Source of the DNA: an uncultured bacterium
GTDB taxonomy: Bacteria; Verrucomicrobiota; Verrucomicrobiia; Limisphaerales; UBA8199
Direction of reading: 5' to 3'
Length of the DNA stretch: 64,000 nt
Assembly: GCA_963749495.1 (NCBI GenBank)
Contig: CAVVMW010000014.1
Location: forward strand, 320,001-384,000
The translations under genes were made by a program, and so were the position numbers. This document shows positions 41,235 to 52,132 of this stretch, in pieces (position 1 is the stretch's first letter; each line of letters opens with the position of its first letter). The notes beneath the pieces were generated by a model. It did no database searches, was not told the origin of the DNA, and worked only from the letters and a program-made list of their open reading frames with translations.

Positions 41235-42725
41235 TCAAGGTCGCTTTGCCTGCACTGCCGCGGTGGGGCTGAGGTTGCCGTTGCGGTCCACGGCGGAAAT
41301 GGCGACCACCTCGGGGGCGGCTGCCCGCCAAATCTGGCTGGAGGCAATTGCCGGGAGGATCTCGGTTTGCCACTGGCCGCCGAGGCGCGTTTGGACCAGC
41401 CAGTGCGCCACCGGCTCGGCCTTGGCGGGTCCCCAGTGGGCCTCAAGGCGCTGGCCGGTTTGAGCAGCGCTCAGCACCGGCTTTCCCAGGCGGCATCGGC
41501 CCAGCCAGGGGGAGGCAGGGACCAGCGCGGGCCGGGCGTAGGGTCCGCGTTCGAGGGCCTCGGCCAGGGCGCTGCGGCCCATCAGGCTCTTCATGTTCCA
41601 ATGGACGTGGCCGCCGACACCCGGTTGCGCGCGCGCGAGCCGGACCTGGTTGAGGACTTCGTCCGGCTTCCATTGGCGCCCGACGTTGCTCGAGTTCATG
41701 CCGGGCGCCAGGAGGCGTTCCTTGGCGTTTTGCTGCGCCCACCACTTGAGCAGGACCGGGAAGCTTTGGGGCGGGGGCTGGATAGCCCAGTAGAGCTGCG
41801 GCGCCAGGTAATCCACCCAACCCTTGGCCAGCCATTTGGGCGAGTCGGCATAGAGCCTGGCGTAGGCATCGTAGCCCTCGATTTGCGCGGGGAAACCGGG
41901 ACGCCAGATGCCGAAGGGGCTGATGCCGAATTTGACCCAGGGTTTCTCGGCCTTGATCGAGCCATAGACCCGCCGGATGAAGGCGTTGATGTTTTCGCGC
42001 CGCCAATCTTCGCGGCTCAGCCCGAGATTTGCCCCGTAGCGCCGCCAACTCGGCTCGTCGGGAAAATCGAGGTCCTTGCCCGACGCGTCCCGTTCCGTGT
42101 ACGGGTAAAAGTAATCGTCGAAATGGACGCCATCGATGTCGTAGCGCCTGACCACGTCCATCACGACGCTCAGCGAATAGTCCTGGACCTCTTTCTCGCC
42201 GGGGTCCAGCCAGAGGTACTGGCCGTATTGGCGGACCAGGTGCGGGTGGGTCTGGCTGATGTGCCCTGCGGCAGCCGGGGATTTGGCGGAGATATGGCGC
42301 GCGCGAAAGGGGTTGAACCAGGCATGGAGTTCCAGGCCCCGTCTGTGGGCCTCGGCGACGGCGAACGCCAGAGGGTCGTAGTAAGGCTCCGGGGCCTTGC
42401 CCATCGTCCCGGTCAGGTACTCGGACCACGGCTCGAGCCTCGAGGCATAGAGCGCATCGCACGCGGAACGGACCTGGAGGATGACGACGTTGAGCTTGAG
42501 CCGGGCGGCGCGGTCCAGGATGGCCTCCAGTTCGGCCTTCTGTTGGGCCGCTCCCAGGTCCGGCCTCGAGGGCCAATCAATGTTGGCTACGGTCGCCACC
42601 CAGGCCGCCCGGAACTCCCGGAGCGGTTTGGGAGGCACGACCGAGCAAGGCTCGAAAACGGCGGCCTGCAAACCATGCCCCAGGAGCAGGGCGAGCATGG
42701 CCAGGCAGAGTGCTCGGGTGTTCAT
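41235..42725 (-). CDS. Glycosyl hydrolase-like 10 (YddW/DigH family) secreted protein
   Basis: REFRAAWVATVANIDWPS, LELHAWFNPFR, DIDGVHFDDYFYPY, FGISPFGIW, DYLAPQLYW. Confidence 0.9.
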   Translation of the reverse strand: MNTRALCLAMLALLLGHGLQAAVFEPCSVVPPKPLREFRAAWVATVANIDWPSRPDLGAAQQKAELEAILDRAARLKLNVVILQVRSACDALYASRLEPWSEYLTGTMGKAPEPYYDPLAFAVAEAHRRGLELHAWFNPFRARHISAKSPAAAGHISQTHPHLVRQYGQYLWLDPGEKEVQDYSLSVVMDVVRRYDIDGVHFDDYFYPYTERDASGKDLDFPDEPSWRRYGANLGLSREDWRRENINAFIRRVYGSIKAEKPWVKFGISPFGIWRPGFPAQIEGYDAYARLYADSPKWLAKGWVDYLAPQLYWAIQPPPQSFPVLLKWWAQQNAKERLLAPGMNSSNVGRQWKPDEVLNQVRLARAQPGVGGHVHWNMKSLMGRSALAEALERGPYARPALVPASPWLGRCRLGKPVLSAAQTGQRLEAHWGPAKAEPVAHWLVQTRLGGQWQTEILPAIASSQIWRAAAPEVVAISAVDRNGNLSPTAAVQAKRP

Positions 42726-42791
42726 TTGTTTGAGTGCCGATTCCATGGTATGAATCCGGTCATGGGTTGGAAAAGTTTTTCCGAAAAGTAC

Positions 42792-42821
42792 TTGAAGCGC
42801 GAGACGCTTTTGCGCTATAGT
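42792..42821 (+). promoter_or_regulatory. Candidate sigma70 promoter for smc
   Basis: TTGAAG-N18-TATAGT in an AT-rich intergenic region. Confidence 0.4.
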
Positions 42822-42895
42822 AATGCCGTTAAGTTAATGTTCGGCGGGAACAGTAGTTCCCGGCGTTTGTAGGCACAATTCAAATCTCGGTTCCT

Positions 42896-42942
42896 CACCC
42901 ATTAGTTGTGCCGGGCTGGCGGTCATATCCAGTATGTTGTGG
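42896..42942 (+). promoter_or_regulatory. Candidate tandem NrdR boxes
   Basis: CACCCATTAGTTGTGC (42896) and ATCCAGTATGTTGTGG (42927), 31 bp apart, resembling acaCwAtATaTwGtg. Confidence 0.55.
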
Positions 42943-42990
42943 TTTTTTTGCTTTACTTAGGCTAAAGACTTTGGTTTTTATTGGCAAGTC

Positions 42991-45900
42991 ATGTATCTGA
43001 AAAATCTAACTGTATTGGGATTCAAATCCTTTGCAGATAAGACCGGCCTGAACTTCCAACCCGGGGTGTCGGCCATCGTTGGCCCCAACGGGTGTGGCAA
43101 GTCCAACGTCTCGGACGCAATCCGTTGGGTACTGGGCGAGCAATCGGCCAAGGCGCTGCGTGGCGACGAGATGGCGGACGTGATTTTCGACGGGACTGAC
43201 GCGCGCAAGCCGATGGGGATGGCGGAGGTTTCGCTCACCGTTAGCGGCGTGGAGGAGGACCATCTGGTGGCCGCCGGGGTGGAGGTTGCCTATAACGAGG
43301 TCACCGTAACCCGGCGTGTCTTTCGCGATGGCGCCAGCGAGTATTTCGTCAACAAGACCCCGTGCCGGCTGCAGGGATATCCAGCAGTTGTTCATGGGCA
43401 CCGGTGTGGGCCGGACCAGCTACAGCATCATGGCCCAGGGCAACATCACGCAGATTCTCTCCAGCAAACCGGAGGATCGGCGGATGATCTTCGAGGAGGC
43501 TGCCGGAATCACGAAGTACAAGGCCCAACGCAAAGAGGCGCTGCGCAAACTCGAGTACACCGAGCAGAACCTCCTCCGAGTGGCCGACCTGGTCCGCGAG
43601 GTCAAACGCCAGATCGGTTCGCTCCAGCGCCAGGCCGGCAAGGCCCGCCGCTACAAGCAGATCTCCCAGGAGTTACAGCACCTGGACACCCAACTTGCCC
43701 GTCACCAGTTCGATGTCCTCCAGGCCGACATCCAGGAACGGCGTCAGACGGCCGAGGGCCTGCGCAACGAGATCGAGGCCGCCTCGGCCAATGTGCTGCG
43801 TTGCGAGGACGAGATGGCGCAACTGCGCAGCCGACTCTCCGAACTCGAACACCAGGCCGGCCTCCAGCAGCAGCGCGGCCTCCAGCTCAAGAGCGAGATC
43901 GACCGCCATGAGAGCCGCATTCAGTTCGACCAAGAGCGCCTGCGCGAGTGCGGCGCCCAAGACGCCAAGGCGATGGCAGACATGACCCAGGCCCAGGAGC
44001 GGCTTCGGGCGGTCCAGGAGGAACTGGCTGCCGTGAGCGGGCACCTGGCCGCCTCCGAGGCGGCCCTCCAGGGCCATCGCCAGGCCCTGGCCTCCAAACA
44101 GGAGGCCCTGCGAGGCCTCGAGCACCAACTGGGTCTTTGCCAGGAAACCTCCCGCCAGGCCCAGGCCGCTGCCTTTGCCGCCGCCCAGGACTTGAGCCGG
44201 GTGCGCAACGAACTCAATGCCCTCGACCTCCAGAAGCAGGGCAACGTCGTGCGGTTGGAGAAGCTCTCCGCCGAGAAAATACTGCTCGAAGAGGAGCGCG
44301 CCCGGCTCCAGGCCCGGCTGCGGGAGTTTGCCGAAAATGTCGAAGCCGAGAAGCGCGACGCCCAATCCCAGTGCCGCACCGTCGAGGAGCGCCAGCAGCG
44401 CCTGCGCCAAATCCAGGAGGAACTCGACGCCGCCGCCCGGGACCTCGACCCGCTCCTCCAGCAGCAGGCCCAAAACCGCTCGCGCCTCGATGTCCTGGGC
44501 CAACTCCAGGCCGCCCACGAGGGTTTCAGCGCCGGCTCGCGCGCCGCCTTGGAGCAGTCGCAGCACGTCCTGGGCTCGCTGGCCGACCGGATCTGCGTGC
44601 CCGACCCGTATGTCAGGGCCATCGAAACCGCCCTGGGCCATCACCTGCAACTGGTGCTGACCGAGCAGCCGGAGGCCGCCCAGCAAATCCTGGCGGACCT
44701 GAGCGCCAACCGGAAAGGGCGGGCGAGCATCGCCCCGCTGGCCTTTGCCCGCAACGGGCATCAGGAGGCCGCTCCCAAAGGGGAGGGTGCAGGCGGGACG
44801 CCCGCGCCACAGGGCTGTGAACCGCCCGCGCTCTCCGCACCCGCCGACGAGGCCATCGCCCCTCTCAATGGGGCGTATCCCGACACCGCCCCTGGAGTGC
44901 GCCCGTCCCCGGGCGCAGCAGCGACGGACCGGGCACGTGCGCCGGAGCACTTGACCGCTGCCCCGGCTGCGGACGTCGCTGCGCCCGAGGACGGGCGCAC
45001 TCCCATCTCGCCGCAGCCGGCGGGGGCGGTGTCGGAATGCGCCCCGCTCAATGGGGCGCCGATACCCGCCATCCAGGTGGTCCGCAGCGAAGACTCGGTC
45101 GGTCCGCTGCTGGAGCGGTTGCTGGGCAGGACGCGAATCGTGCGTGACCTGGAGGCCGCCACTGCGGCGTGGGTCCAGAGCCCGGGCGCCTTCCACTACG
45201 TCACCCTGGGCGGCGAAGTGCTCAGCGAGCATGGCGTCTATACCGGTGGTTCCAGCGGCGGCAACGGGGAGGGCAAGGAGGCGGCGTCCATCCTGGGGCG
45301 GAGGAACCAGATCGCCGAATTGGAGGGCGCGCTGCGGCAGGTTGGCGAGCAGGCCGCTGAGATCAGCCGCCGCAAGGGCGCCCTGCAGGCCGAGCGGACC
45401 GAGTTGCAAGCGGGCCTGCAACAGGCCCAGACCGAGTTGCGCGCCCAGGAGGTCGCCATTGCCACCCACGAAGGCGAGTTCAATGCGTTGCGCAACTCGC
45501 ACCGGCTGCTGGACCAGAAGATCGAGACGGTCGTCTATGAGGTCGAGAGCCTGGCGGCGCAGGAGCGGGAGGGTTTGGAGAAGCGGGCCGCGCTGGCAGC
45601 CCGGGCGGCCGAAGCGCAGGGCCTGGAGCAGGCGGAGCAGGCGCGGGTCGCCGAGGCGAGCGCGCGCCTGGAGAGCTTGCGCCAGCAGCGCGATGGCGCC
45701 AATGCGGGCCTGACCGAGAGCCGGGTGGCGCTGGCGACTGAGGAGCAGATGTGCGCCGCCTACGGCCAGCAACGGCAGTCGCTCCAGCAGCGGCTCCAGG
45801 AGTTGGTCCAGTTCATCGAGCAGCGCCGCAGCGAGTTGGGGTCGTTCGCCGCGCGCAAGGAACAGGCCGAATCGGAAATCCAGGATTCGCGCGGCCAGAT

Positions 45901-47015
45901 CGAGGTGCTGCAGCACGAGCGGGAGCAGGTCGCTGCGCAGACGGCCCAGTTGCTGGGCCAGAAGCAGACCCAGGAGGCGGCGGTGGGCGCGCGGGATGAA
46001 GGGCTGCGCGAGCAGCGGCGCCACTTGGCCGAGGTCCAGGAGCAGCGCTCGGGCCTGGAGGTCGAACTGGCGCAAAAGACCATGTTCCGTCCAGAACCTC
46101 CGCGACCGTATCCAGGAGAAATACCAGGTGCGCCTCGACGACGTGCGCAGCGAGTGCATCACCATTACGTTTGCCGACGAAGGCCAGCCCAAGGTCCACG
46201 TCATGACGCCCGATGAGATGGCGGCGGCGGGGGTCGCGACCGACTGGACCACGGTGGGCCGGCAGGTTGAGGCCCTGCAGCAGCGGTTGGCTGAAATGGG
46301 CCCCGTCAACCTTGTCGCCATCGAGGAATACGAGGAGACCGAGGAGCGCCACCAGTTCCTGAGCCAGCAGCACGACGACCTGGTCCAGGCCAAGGGCCAA
46401 TTGCTGGAGGTCATCAACCGCATCAACGCCCAGACGCGCCAGATGTTCCAGCAGACCTTCGAGCAGGTCCGCGACAGCTTCCGGGCCCTGTTCACCGAGG
46501 TCTTCGGCGGCGGCAAGGCCGACCTGCTGCTCGTGGACGAGAACGACTCGCTCGAGAGCGGCATCGAGATCGTCGCCCGCCCGCCCGGCAAGCAGTTGCA
46601 GACCATTTCACTGCTCTCCGGCGGCGAGCAGACCATGACCGCCGTGGCCCTCCTGTTCTCGATCTACCAGGTCAAACCCAGCCCCTTCTGCGTCCTGGAC
46701 GAATTGGACGCCTCGCTGGACGAATCGAACATCAACCGGTTCACCCGCATCCTGCAGCGGTTCCTGGCCCACTCCCAGTTCATCATCATCACCCACAACA
46801 AGCGGACCATCGGCATGGCCGACGTGCTCTACGGCATTACCATGCAGGAACAGGGCGTGAGCAAGATCGTGAGCGTCAAGTTCCACAAGGCCGGCGAGGG
46901 CGGGCCGCTGGAGCAGACGCCACGGCCCGGCCAGGCCGGCAACCGCTCCTTAGAGACCGAAGCCGATGGCACGAGGCAGGCTGATAATGACTCGGACGTC
47001 GTAATGGCCAAATAG
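42991..47015 (+). CDS. smc: Chromosome segregation protein SMC (frameshifts at ~43372 and ~46085; in-frame insertion in hinge)
   Basis: GFKSFAD, GPNGCGKSN (Walker A), QG.I, GPVNLVAIEEY, LLSGGEQ, LDELDASLD, ITHN. Confidence 0.97.
44870..45045. mobile_element. Intragenic in-frame MITE-like palindromic element in smc
   Basis: 23 bp TIR (21/23) 44870-44892/45023-45045; family G core; flanking duplicate (T/G)CTCAAT; net +183 bp. Confidence 0.85.
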
Positions 47016-47195
47016 GGCCGCGCCCAAGACCCAGGGGGCTCCAAATCCGAAATACGCAGAATCATTTTTGGTAGAATCATAAGGATAACTCTTACCAAAA
47101 TGATTCTGTCAGTAATGATTCTGCTTCCTGCGGATTTCGGATTTCAACCCGGGGTTTGTCCTTGTTTCCAGGGTGGCCTGCCGTAAAGTACCGGT

Positions 47196-47897
47196 ATGGC
47201 GACAACTGGCGCACCCACCATCAGCCCTCAAGAGGCCGGCTCCGAGTTAGCGGAGCCGCTGCTGGAACCGGGGGATCGGCTCACGCGCAGCGAGTTTGAG
47301 CGGCGCTACGAGCGCATGCCGCACGTCAAGAAGGCCGAACTCATCGAAGGAATCGTCTATATGCCCTCACCCGTCCGTGCCAGGAGACATGGCAAGCCTC
47401 ACACTATCCTCGGCGCATGGCTGGCGATGTATGAGGTCGAAACTCCCGGCGTTGAATGCTTTACTGATTCGACAGTCCGCCTGGATCTCGAAAACGAGCC
47501 GCAGCCGGACCTGGTGCTGATAAAGGCGCAGGCCAAGGGCGGGCAGGCGCGCATTTCCGCCGAGGACTACATCGAAGGAGCGCCGGAACTGGCCGTCGAG
47601 ATCGTCGGCAGTTCGCGGGCTTACGACCTGCACCAAAAGAAAGGCGCGTACCGCCGCAACGGCGTGCGCGAATACCTGGCATGGATCACGGGCGAGAATC
47701 GCCTCGTGTGGTGGGAGTTGCGGGAAGAGGAGTACCTGGAGATAGCCTCTGGGGAAGGCGGCCTGCTCAAGAGCGGGGTCTTTCCGGGCCTTTGGCTCGA
47801 CACCCAGGCCCTCCTGCGCCGGGACCTCAAGGGTGTGCTCGCCGGGCTGCGACGCGGCCTGGAGAGCCCCGAACACCGCGCCTTTGCCGAGAGCTGA
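47196..47897 (+). CDS. Uma2 family (DUF820) endonuclease-like protein
   Basis: AELIEGIVYM.SP, EPQPDL, GAPELAVEI, KKGAYRRNGVREY. Confidence 0.92.
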   Translation: MATTGAPTISPQEAGSELAEPLLEPGDRLTRSEFERRYERMPHVKKAELIEGIVYMPSPVRARRHGKPHTILGAWLAMYEVETPGVECFTDSTVRLDLENEPQPDLVLIKAQAKGGQARISAEDYIEGAPELAVEIVGSSRAYDLHQKKGAYRRNGVREYLAWITGENRLVWWELREEEYLEIASGEGGLLKSGVFPGLWLDTQALLRRDLKGVLAGLRRGLESPEHRAFAES

Positions 47898-48989
47898 CTA
47901 TCCCAACACCCGCAGGAGTTTGACGAACGCATAGGCCAGGCCCCCCGTGACGGGGATAGTGAGGAGCCAGGCCCAGACCATGCGCTCGACAACTGTCCAC
48001 TTGATGGCGTTGAGGCGGCGGGCGGCCCCCACACCCATGATTGCGGCGGAGATATTGTGGGTGGTCGAGACCGGAATGCCCAGGTGAGTGGCGGCCCAGA
48101 TGACCAGGGCGGAACTGGTCTCGGCGGCAAAACCGTTGATGGGATGGAGCTTGACCATTTTATGGCCCAGGGTCTTGATGATGCGCCATCCGCCCACGGC
48201 CGTGCCTGAGGCCATCACCAGGGCGCACACGACCTTGATCCACGCCGCGATTTCGAGGTCGTTGCCCGGCGCGGGGGCGGGGGCCTGGAGGAACGAGAGC
48301 CAGCGCGGCAGGTCTTTGAAGTGGCCCGCCTGGGTGGCGGTGAACAGAGTCAAGGCGATGATGCCCATGGTTTTCTGGGCGTCATTGGTGCCGTGCATGA
48401 GGCCCATGCCGCCGGCGCTGAACATCTGGGCGATGCCAAAGAGGCGATTGACTTTGGCCGGCCTGGCCCGGCGCAGGAGCAGATAGAGGCCCGCCATCAT
48501 CAGGAAGCCCAGCGCCAGGCCCGCTGCGGGGGAGGTGACCATCGGCACGATGACCTTCCACAACAACCCTTTGCCGAGCCACCAATGGCGCGGGTCGGGC
48601 TGCGACCAGACAATGACGCGCCAATTGTTCGAAGAAGCGGCCAGGGCTGAACCGCAGAGGCCGCCGATCAGGGCGTGGCTGGAGCTGGACGGCAGGCCGA
48701 CCCACCACACGAGCAGGTCCCAGAGGATGGCCGCGAGCAATGCGCAAATGATGATGCTCGAGGTCATCGCCACCAGTTTCGCGTCCACCAGGCCCGAGGA
48801 GATGGTTTTGGCCACGGCCGTGCCCCAGAGGGCGCCCATCATGTTGGTGCAGGCGGCCAACACCACTGCCTGGCGGGGCGTCAGGACCCGGGTGGATACC
48901 ACCGTGGCGATCGAGTTGGCGGTGTCGTTGCAGCCATTGATGAACTCGAAGACCAGCGCCACCAAAATGACCAGCAGCACGAGAATCAT
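47898..48989 (-). CDS. PiT family inorganic phosphate transporter
   Basis: NG.NDTANSIAT, GLPSSSSHALIGG, HGTNDAQK.MG, GIPVSTTH. Confidence 0.95.
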   Translation of the reverse strand: MILVLLVILVALVFEFINGCNDTANSIATVVSTRVLTPRQAVVLAACTNMMGALWGTAVAKTISSGLVDAKLVAMTSSIIICALLAAILWDLLVWWVGLPSSSSHALIGGLCGSALAASSNNWRVIVWSQPDPRHWWLGKGLLWKVIVPMVTSPAAGLALGFLMMAGLYLLLRRARPAKVNRLFGIAQMFSAGGMGLMHGTNDAQKTMGIIALTLFTATQAGHFKDLPRWLSFLQAPAPAPGNDLEIAAWIKVVCALVMASGTAVGGWRIIKTLGHKMVKLHPINGFAAETSSALVIWAATHLGIPVSTTHNISAAIMGVGAARRLNAIKWTVVERMVWAWLLTIPVTGGLAYAFVKLLRVLG

Positions 48990-49001
48990 CGCGACTAAGC
49001 C

Positions 49002-49631
49002 TCAGGAGTTTTTCAGGGCGATATTGGCGATGACGTTGCCCGCGTCGCGGCAACGGTCGATCATCTTCTCGAGCAACTCGTAGAGGTCCTTGAGGGCGAT
49101 GACCTGGAGCGGCTCGTGTGCGCCGCTGAAGAGGTCTTTGTAGTGCGCCATGATCTGCTTGTCGGCCTCGCCTTCGAGGAATTGGAGCCGGTCGTTGAGG
49201 TCCTTGACTTTCTCGAGGTTCATGCCCTTGCGCAGGGACTTGACCAGTTCGAGCACGATGTCCGTGGCCCGCTCCAGCAGGTCGATTTGTTTGGAGAAAT
49301 CGATCCCCCGCACGAAGTGCGGCGTGAGCATGGCCCGCTCGGTGAACTTCTCGACGGTCTTGGGGATCTTATAGAGGGCATTGGAGAGTTCCTCGATGTC
49401 CTCGCGCTCCAGCGCCGTGATGAAGGTGGTATAGACGGCATCGCTGATCTGCTGGGTGATCCGCTTGTCCTTCCGGCGCAGATGCGCCAGTTCGTGCATG
49501 CCCACCGGCTTGTCCAGGTTCTTGCTCAGTCCGACCAGGGTCTGGACGCTGCCGCGCGCCTCCTCGGCGCTGGCCTCCAGGAGGCTAAAGAACTTGTCCT
49601 CCTGGCCCAGGAGCTTCTGCAATGAAAACAT
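49002..49631 (-). CDS. DUF47 (PhoU-like) phosphate transport regulator
   Basis: TFITALEREDI, LEGEADK, LYELLEK..DRC.DAGN; directly upstream of pit. Confidence 0.9.
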   Translation of the reverse strand: MFSLQKLLGQEDKFFSLLEASAEEARGSVQTLVGLSKNLDKPVGMHELAHLRRKDKRITQQISDAVYTTFITALEREDIEELSNALYKIPKTVEKFTERAMLTPHFVRGIDFSKQIDLLERATDIVLELVKSLRKGMNLEKVKDLNDRLQFLEGEADKQIMAHYKDLFSGAHEPLQVIALKDLYELLEKMIDRCRDAGNVIANIALKNS

Positions 49632-49699
49632 AGTGCGCCGGTTGTACACGCTCCGGACAACGGGGGCACGAAAAAAGAGAAACACACGCGGCGCCCCGT

Positions 49700-49883
49700 G
49701 TGCATCCCGGCACTGGCCCCATTTGGCGGGGCACAGCAGTTTGTAGCGCAGGTTTCCAAACCTGCTGTATCGCCGACTTCCAGTCGGCAGGGCGCCGGAA
49801 CTCGCGGCGCCTGCGGGTTAGGAAACCCGCGATACAGCAGACTTGGAAGTCTGCGCTACGGGGGCAGTGTCCGGCTGCGGCCC
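49700..49883. mobile_element. MITE-like element: GCATCCCGGCACT..CCCC shell around family D palindrome
   Basis: Shell 49700-49720/49860-49883 resembles the shell at 40210 and 44870; core equals the 13551-13685 core. Confidence 0.75.
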
Positions 49884-49931
49884 GACTTCCCCCCGGTTGC
49901 GCAAATGCGGAGGCGGGCTATGATAGAGGAG

Positions 49932-51057
49932 ATGAATATCCCTGAATTTGATCTGGTGCGGCTGATGCGGACGGTCTTCGACCCGGGCGGGAGAGCGGGT
50001 GGGCGTTTTCATCGATCTGCCCAGGCCGCTCGACGTGAAAGGCTGGAAATTCCTCCAGGACACCGGGCTGGTCACGCAACGGATTGCCTACGAGGTGTTC
50101 TACCAGGGACTGCTCGAGCACAAGGCGGAGCTGCCTTTTGCCGGGGTGGATTTTTATGCCTACGCACCGACGGGGGGCAGCAATCTGGATCTGCCGCCGA
50201 CGGTGTTGGACGCCGAGGGCAAGCCGCTGAGGCTGGCGGAGGATGTGTTGCGGCGGCTGCAGATCGTGCTCTACCTGACGAGCTTTTCGGCCACCGCCCC
50301 GCTGACAGCGCTGGCCAAGGAGATCGGTTTTCGCGGCGCGACCATGCACGGGTGCAACGAAACCATCCTGCGCACCGGCCTGGCCAAGGATTACGCCCAG
50401 GTCTCCGCCAAGGCGGAACGGCTTCGCCAGGCGCTCACCCGGTGCGATGACGTGGTGGTCGAGTTCGAGGTCCTGGGGCAACGGGCCCGGCTCACGCTCG
50501 AGCTGGGCCGCCAGGAGGCCCAAAAAAGCCACGGCCTGTGCCCGCGCCCGGGCGAGATAGCCAACCTGCCCGCCGGGGAGATCTATTGGGTGCCGACCGG
50601 TGCGCGCGGCCAGTTCCCGCTCCGGCTCAAAGGGGACGGCACGCTGGCGCTGATGGAGGTGGCGGACGGGCGTGTCCGGGATGGCCAACTGCTCAAAGGC
50701 AGCCAAACCACGCTCGAACAGGCCCTGGGCCTCTTCCAGAGCGATCCGGCCACGGGAGTGCTGGGCGAACTGGGTTTGGGCACGCAAGTCCTCCCGCCCG
50801 CCGGCGCGGACATCCAGGACGAGAAGATCCTCGGCACTCTGCACGTGGCCACCGGGCGCGACGATCACCTGGGCGGGAACCTGGGCCCCAGCGCATTCAA
50901 GGACAAGCGCCACGCCACCCACGAGGACATCCTGTTTGCCCCGCACAAGACCCCGGAGATCCGCCTCAACGGCGTCTGGATGCACAAGGAGGGCAAGGAA
51001 GTGCTGCTGATCAAGGACTACGAACCGACGGAATTCGTGAAAGCCCTGGCAACGTGA
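49932..51057 (+). CDS. Peptidase M29 (aminopeptidase T)-related metalloprotein, frameshift at ~49985
   Basis: ANLPAGEIY, LGELGLG, DEKILGTLHVATG, HEDI. Confidence 0.65.
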
Positions 51058-51797
51058 CGGACAAACCCAATCCGTACGAGACCTCGCGCTACCTCGAAGA
51101 GTACCTGCTCTTTCACTACGGTTCGCCCCGGGAGCTTTGCCCGTTCCAGTTTGTTCCCCGCCAACTGATGCGGTTTCATGAACGGCTTCGCCGGGAGTGC
51201 CTTCTGCCCCTGGACCGGGCCGCCCCCGGACCCACGCGCGCCCTGGACATCGGCTGCGGCGTGGGACGCTTTACCTTCGAACTGGGGCGCGTGGCCGACC
51301 AGGCCCTGGGGCTGGACAGCTCGCGCCCCTTCGTGGATGCCGCCCGCCGCATGGCCAGAGACAAGGCGGTGACCGTTCAAGTCACTGATTCGGGGCTGCA
51401 GTCTCTGGCGCGCCGGTTGGTCCTGCCGCGCGCGTTGCAGCGCAGCCAGGTCCAGTTCGATGTGGGCGATGCCCTCGACTTGGGCGCCCTGCCCGGGGCC
51501 GCGTTTCAGATCGTGGCGGCCATCAACCTGCTCTGCAGGCTCGCCTCACCGCGCCGGTTCCTCGAGCAAGTGCCGCGCCTGGTGGCTCCCGGAGGGCAGT
51601 TGCTCCTCGCCTCTCCCAATTCCTGGCTCGAGCAATACACGCCCCAGGACCAATGGCTGCCCAACCGCCAGGTCCGGCAGATGCTCGAACCGCATTCCCA
51701 ACTGCGCCGCCGCCTCGACCTCCCCTTGCTCATCCGCGAGCATCGGCGCAAATACGAGTTGGTGGTCTCCGAGGTGATGGTGTTCAGGCGCCGATGA
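51054..51797 (+). CDS. Class I SAM methyltransferase, OvoA C-terminal (4-mercaptohistidine N1-methyltransferase)-like
   Basis: NPYET..LEEYLLFHYG, ALDIGCGVGR, GDA, NLLCRL..P, SP.SWLEQYTP, IREHRRKY; GTG overlaps the upstream stop. Confidence 0.75.
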   Translation: MTDKPNPYETSRYLEEYLLFHYGSPRELCPFQFVPRQLMRFHERLRRECLLPLDRAAPGPTRALDIGCGVGRFTFELGRVADQALGLDSSRPFVDAARRMARDKAVTVQVTDSGLQSLARRLVLPRALQRSQVQFDVGDALDLGALPGAAFQIVAAINLLCRLASPRRFLEQVPRLVAPGGQLLLASPNSWLEQYTPQDQWLPNRQVRQMLEPHSQLRRRLDLPLLIREHRRKYELVVSEVMVFRRR

Positions 51798-52132
51798 GCG
51801 GCGTGCCCCGTTTCGAAATCCGAAATCCGAAATCCGAGGCAGGCAGAAAAATGGGGGCAGAAAGATAAGTTTTTGTTTTATCTTTCTGCCCCCATCTTTC
51901 TGCCTGGAATCCGAAATCCCAGTCAAAATGTCCGCGCTCCCGCGCACCCGCGCTCCCGCACGATGGGCGCATCTTGGCTCGGTCGGCCTTCCGCAAGCCG
52001 GGCAAGTCGAGGGGGGCGTCGGGAAGCCCGCAAGGTTTTGGACTGCCGCAGTCCAAAACGCTTCGCGACTTCGGGCGCGCACCCCAATCTGCTCTGGCGG
52101 AAAACATTCCGCCCGAGTAGGATTCTAGAGAC

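Noticed and set aside
43673..46636. Long antisense ORFs (987 aa opposite smc; also 57670-60204, 28800-30899, 5765-7258)
   Set aside because: These are shadow ORFs of high-GC genes with clear family motifs on the other strand.
47196..47897. Uma2 nuclease as a defence system
   Set aside because: It is a solitary gene of a commonly expanded family with no partner methylase, toxin or ATPase nearby.
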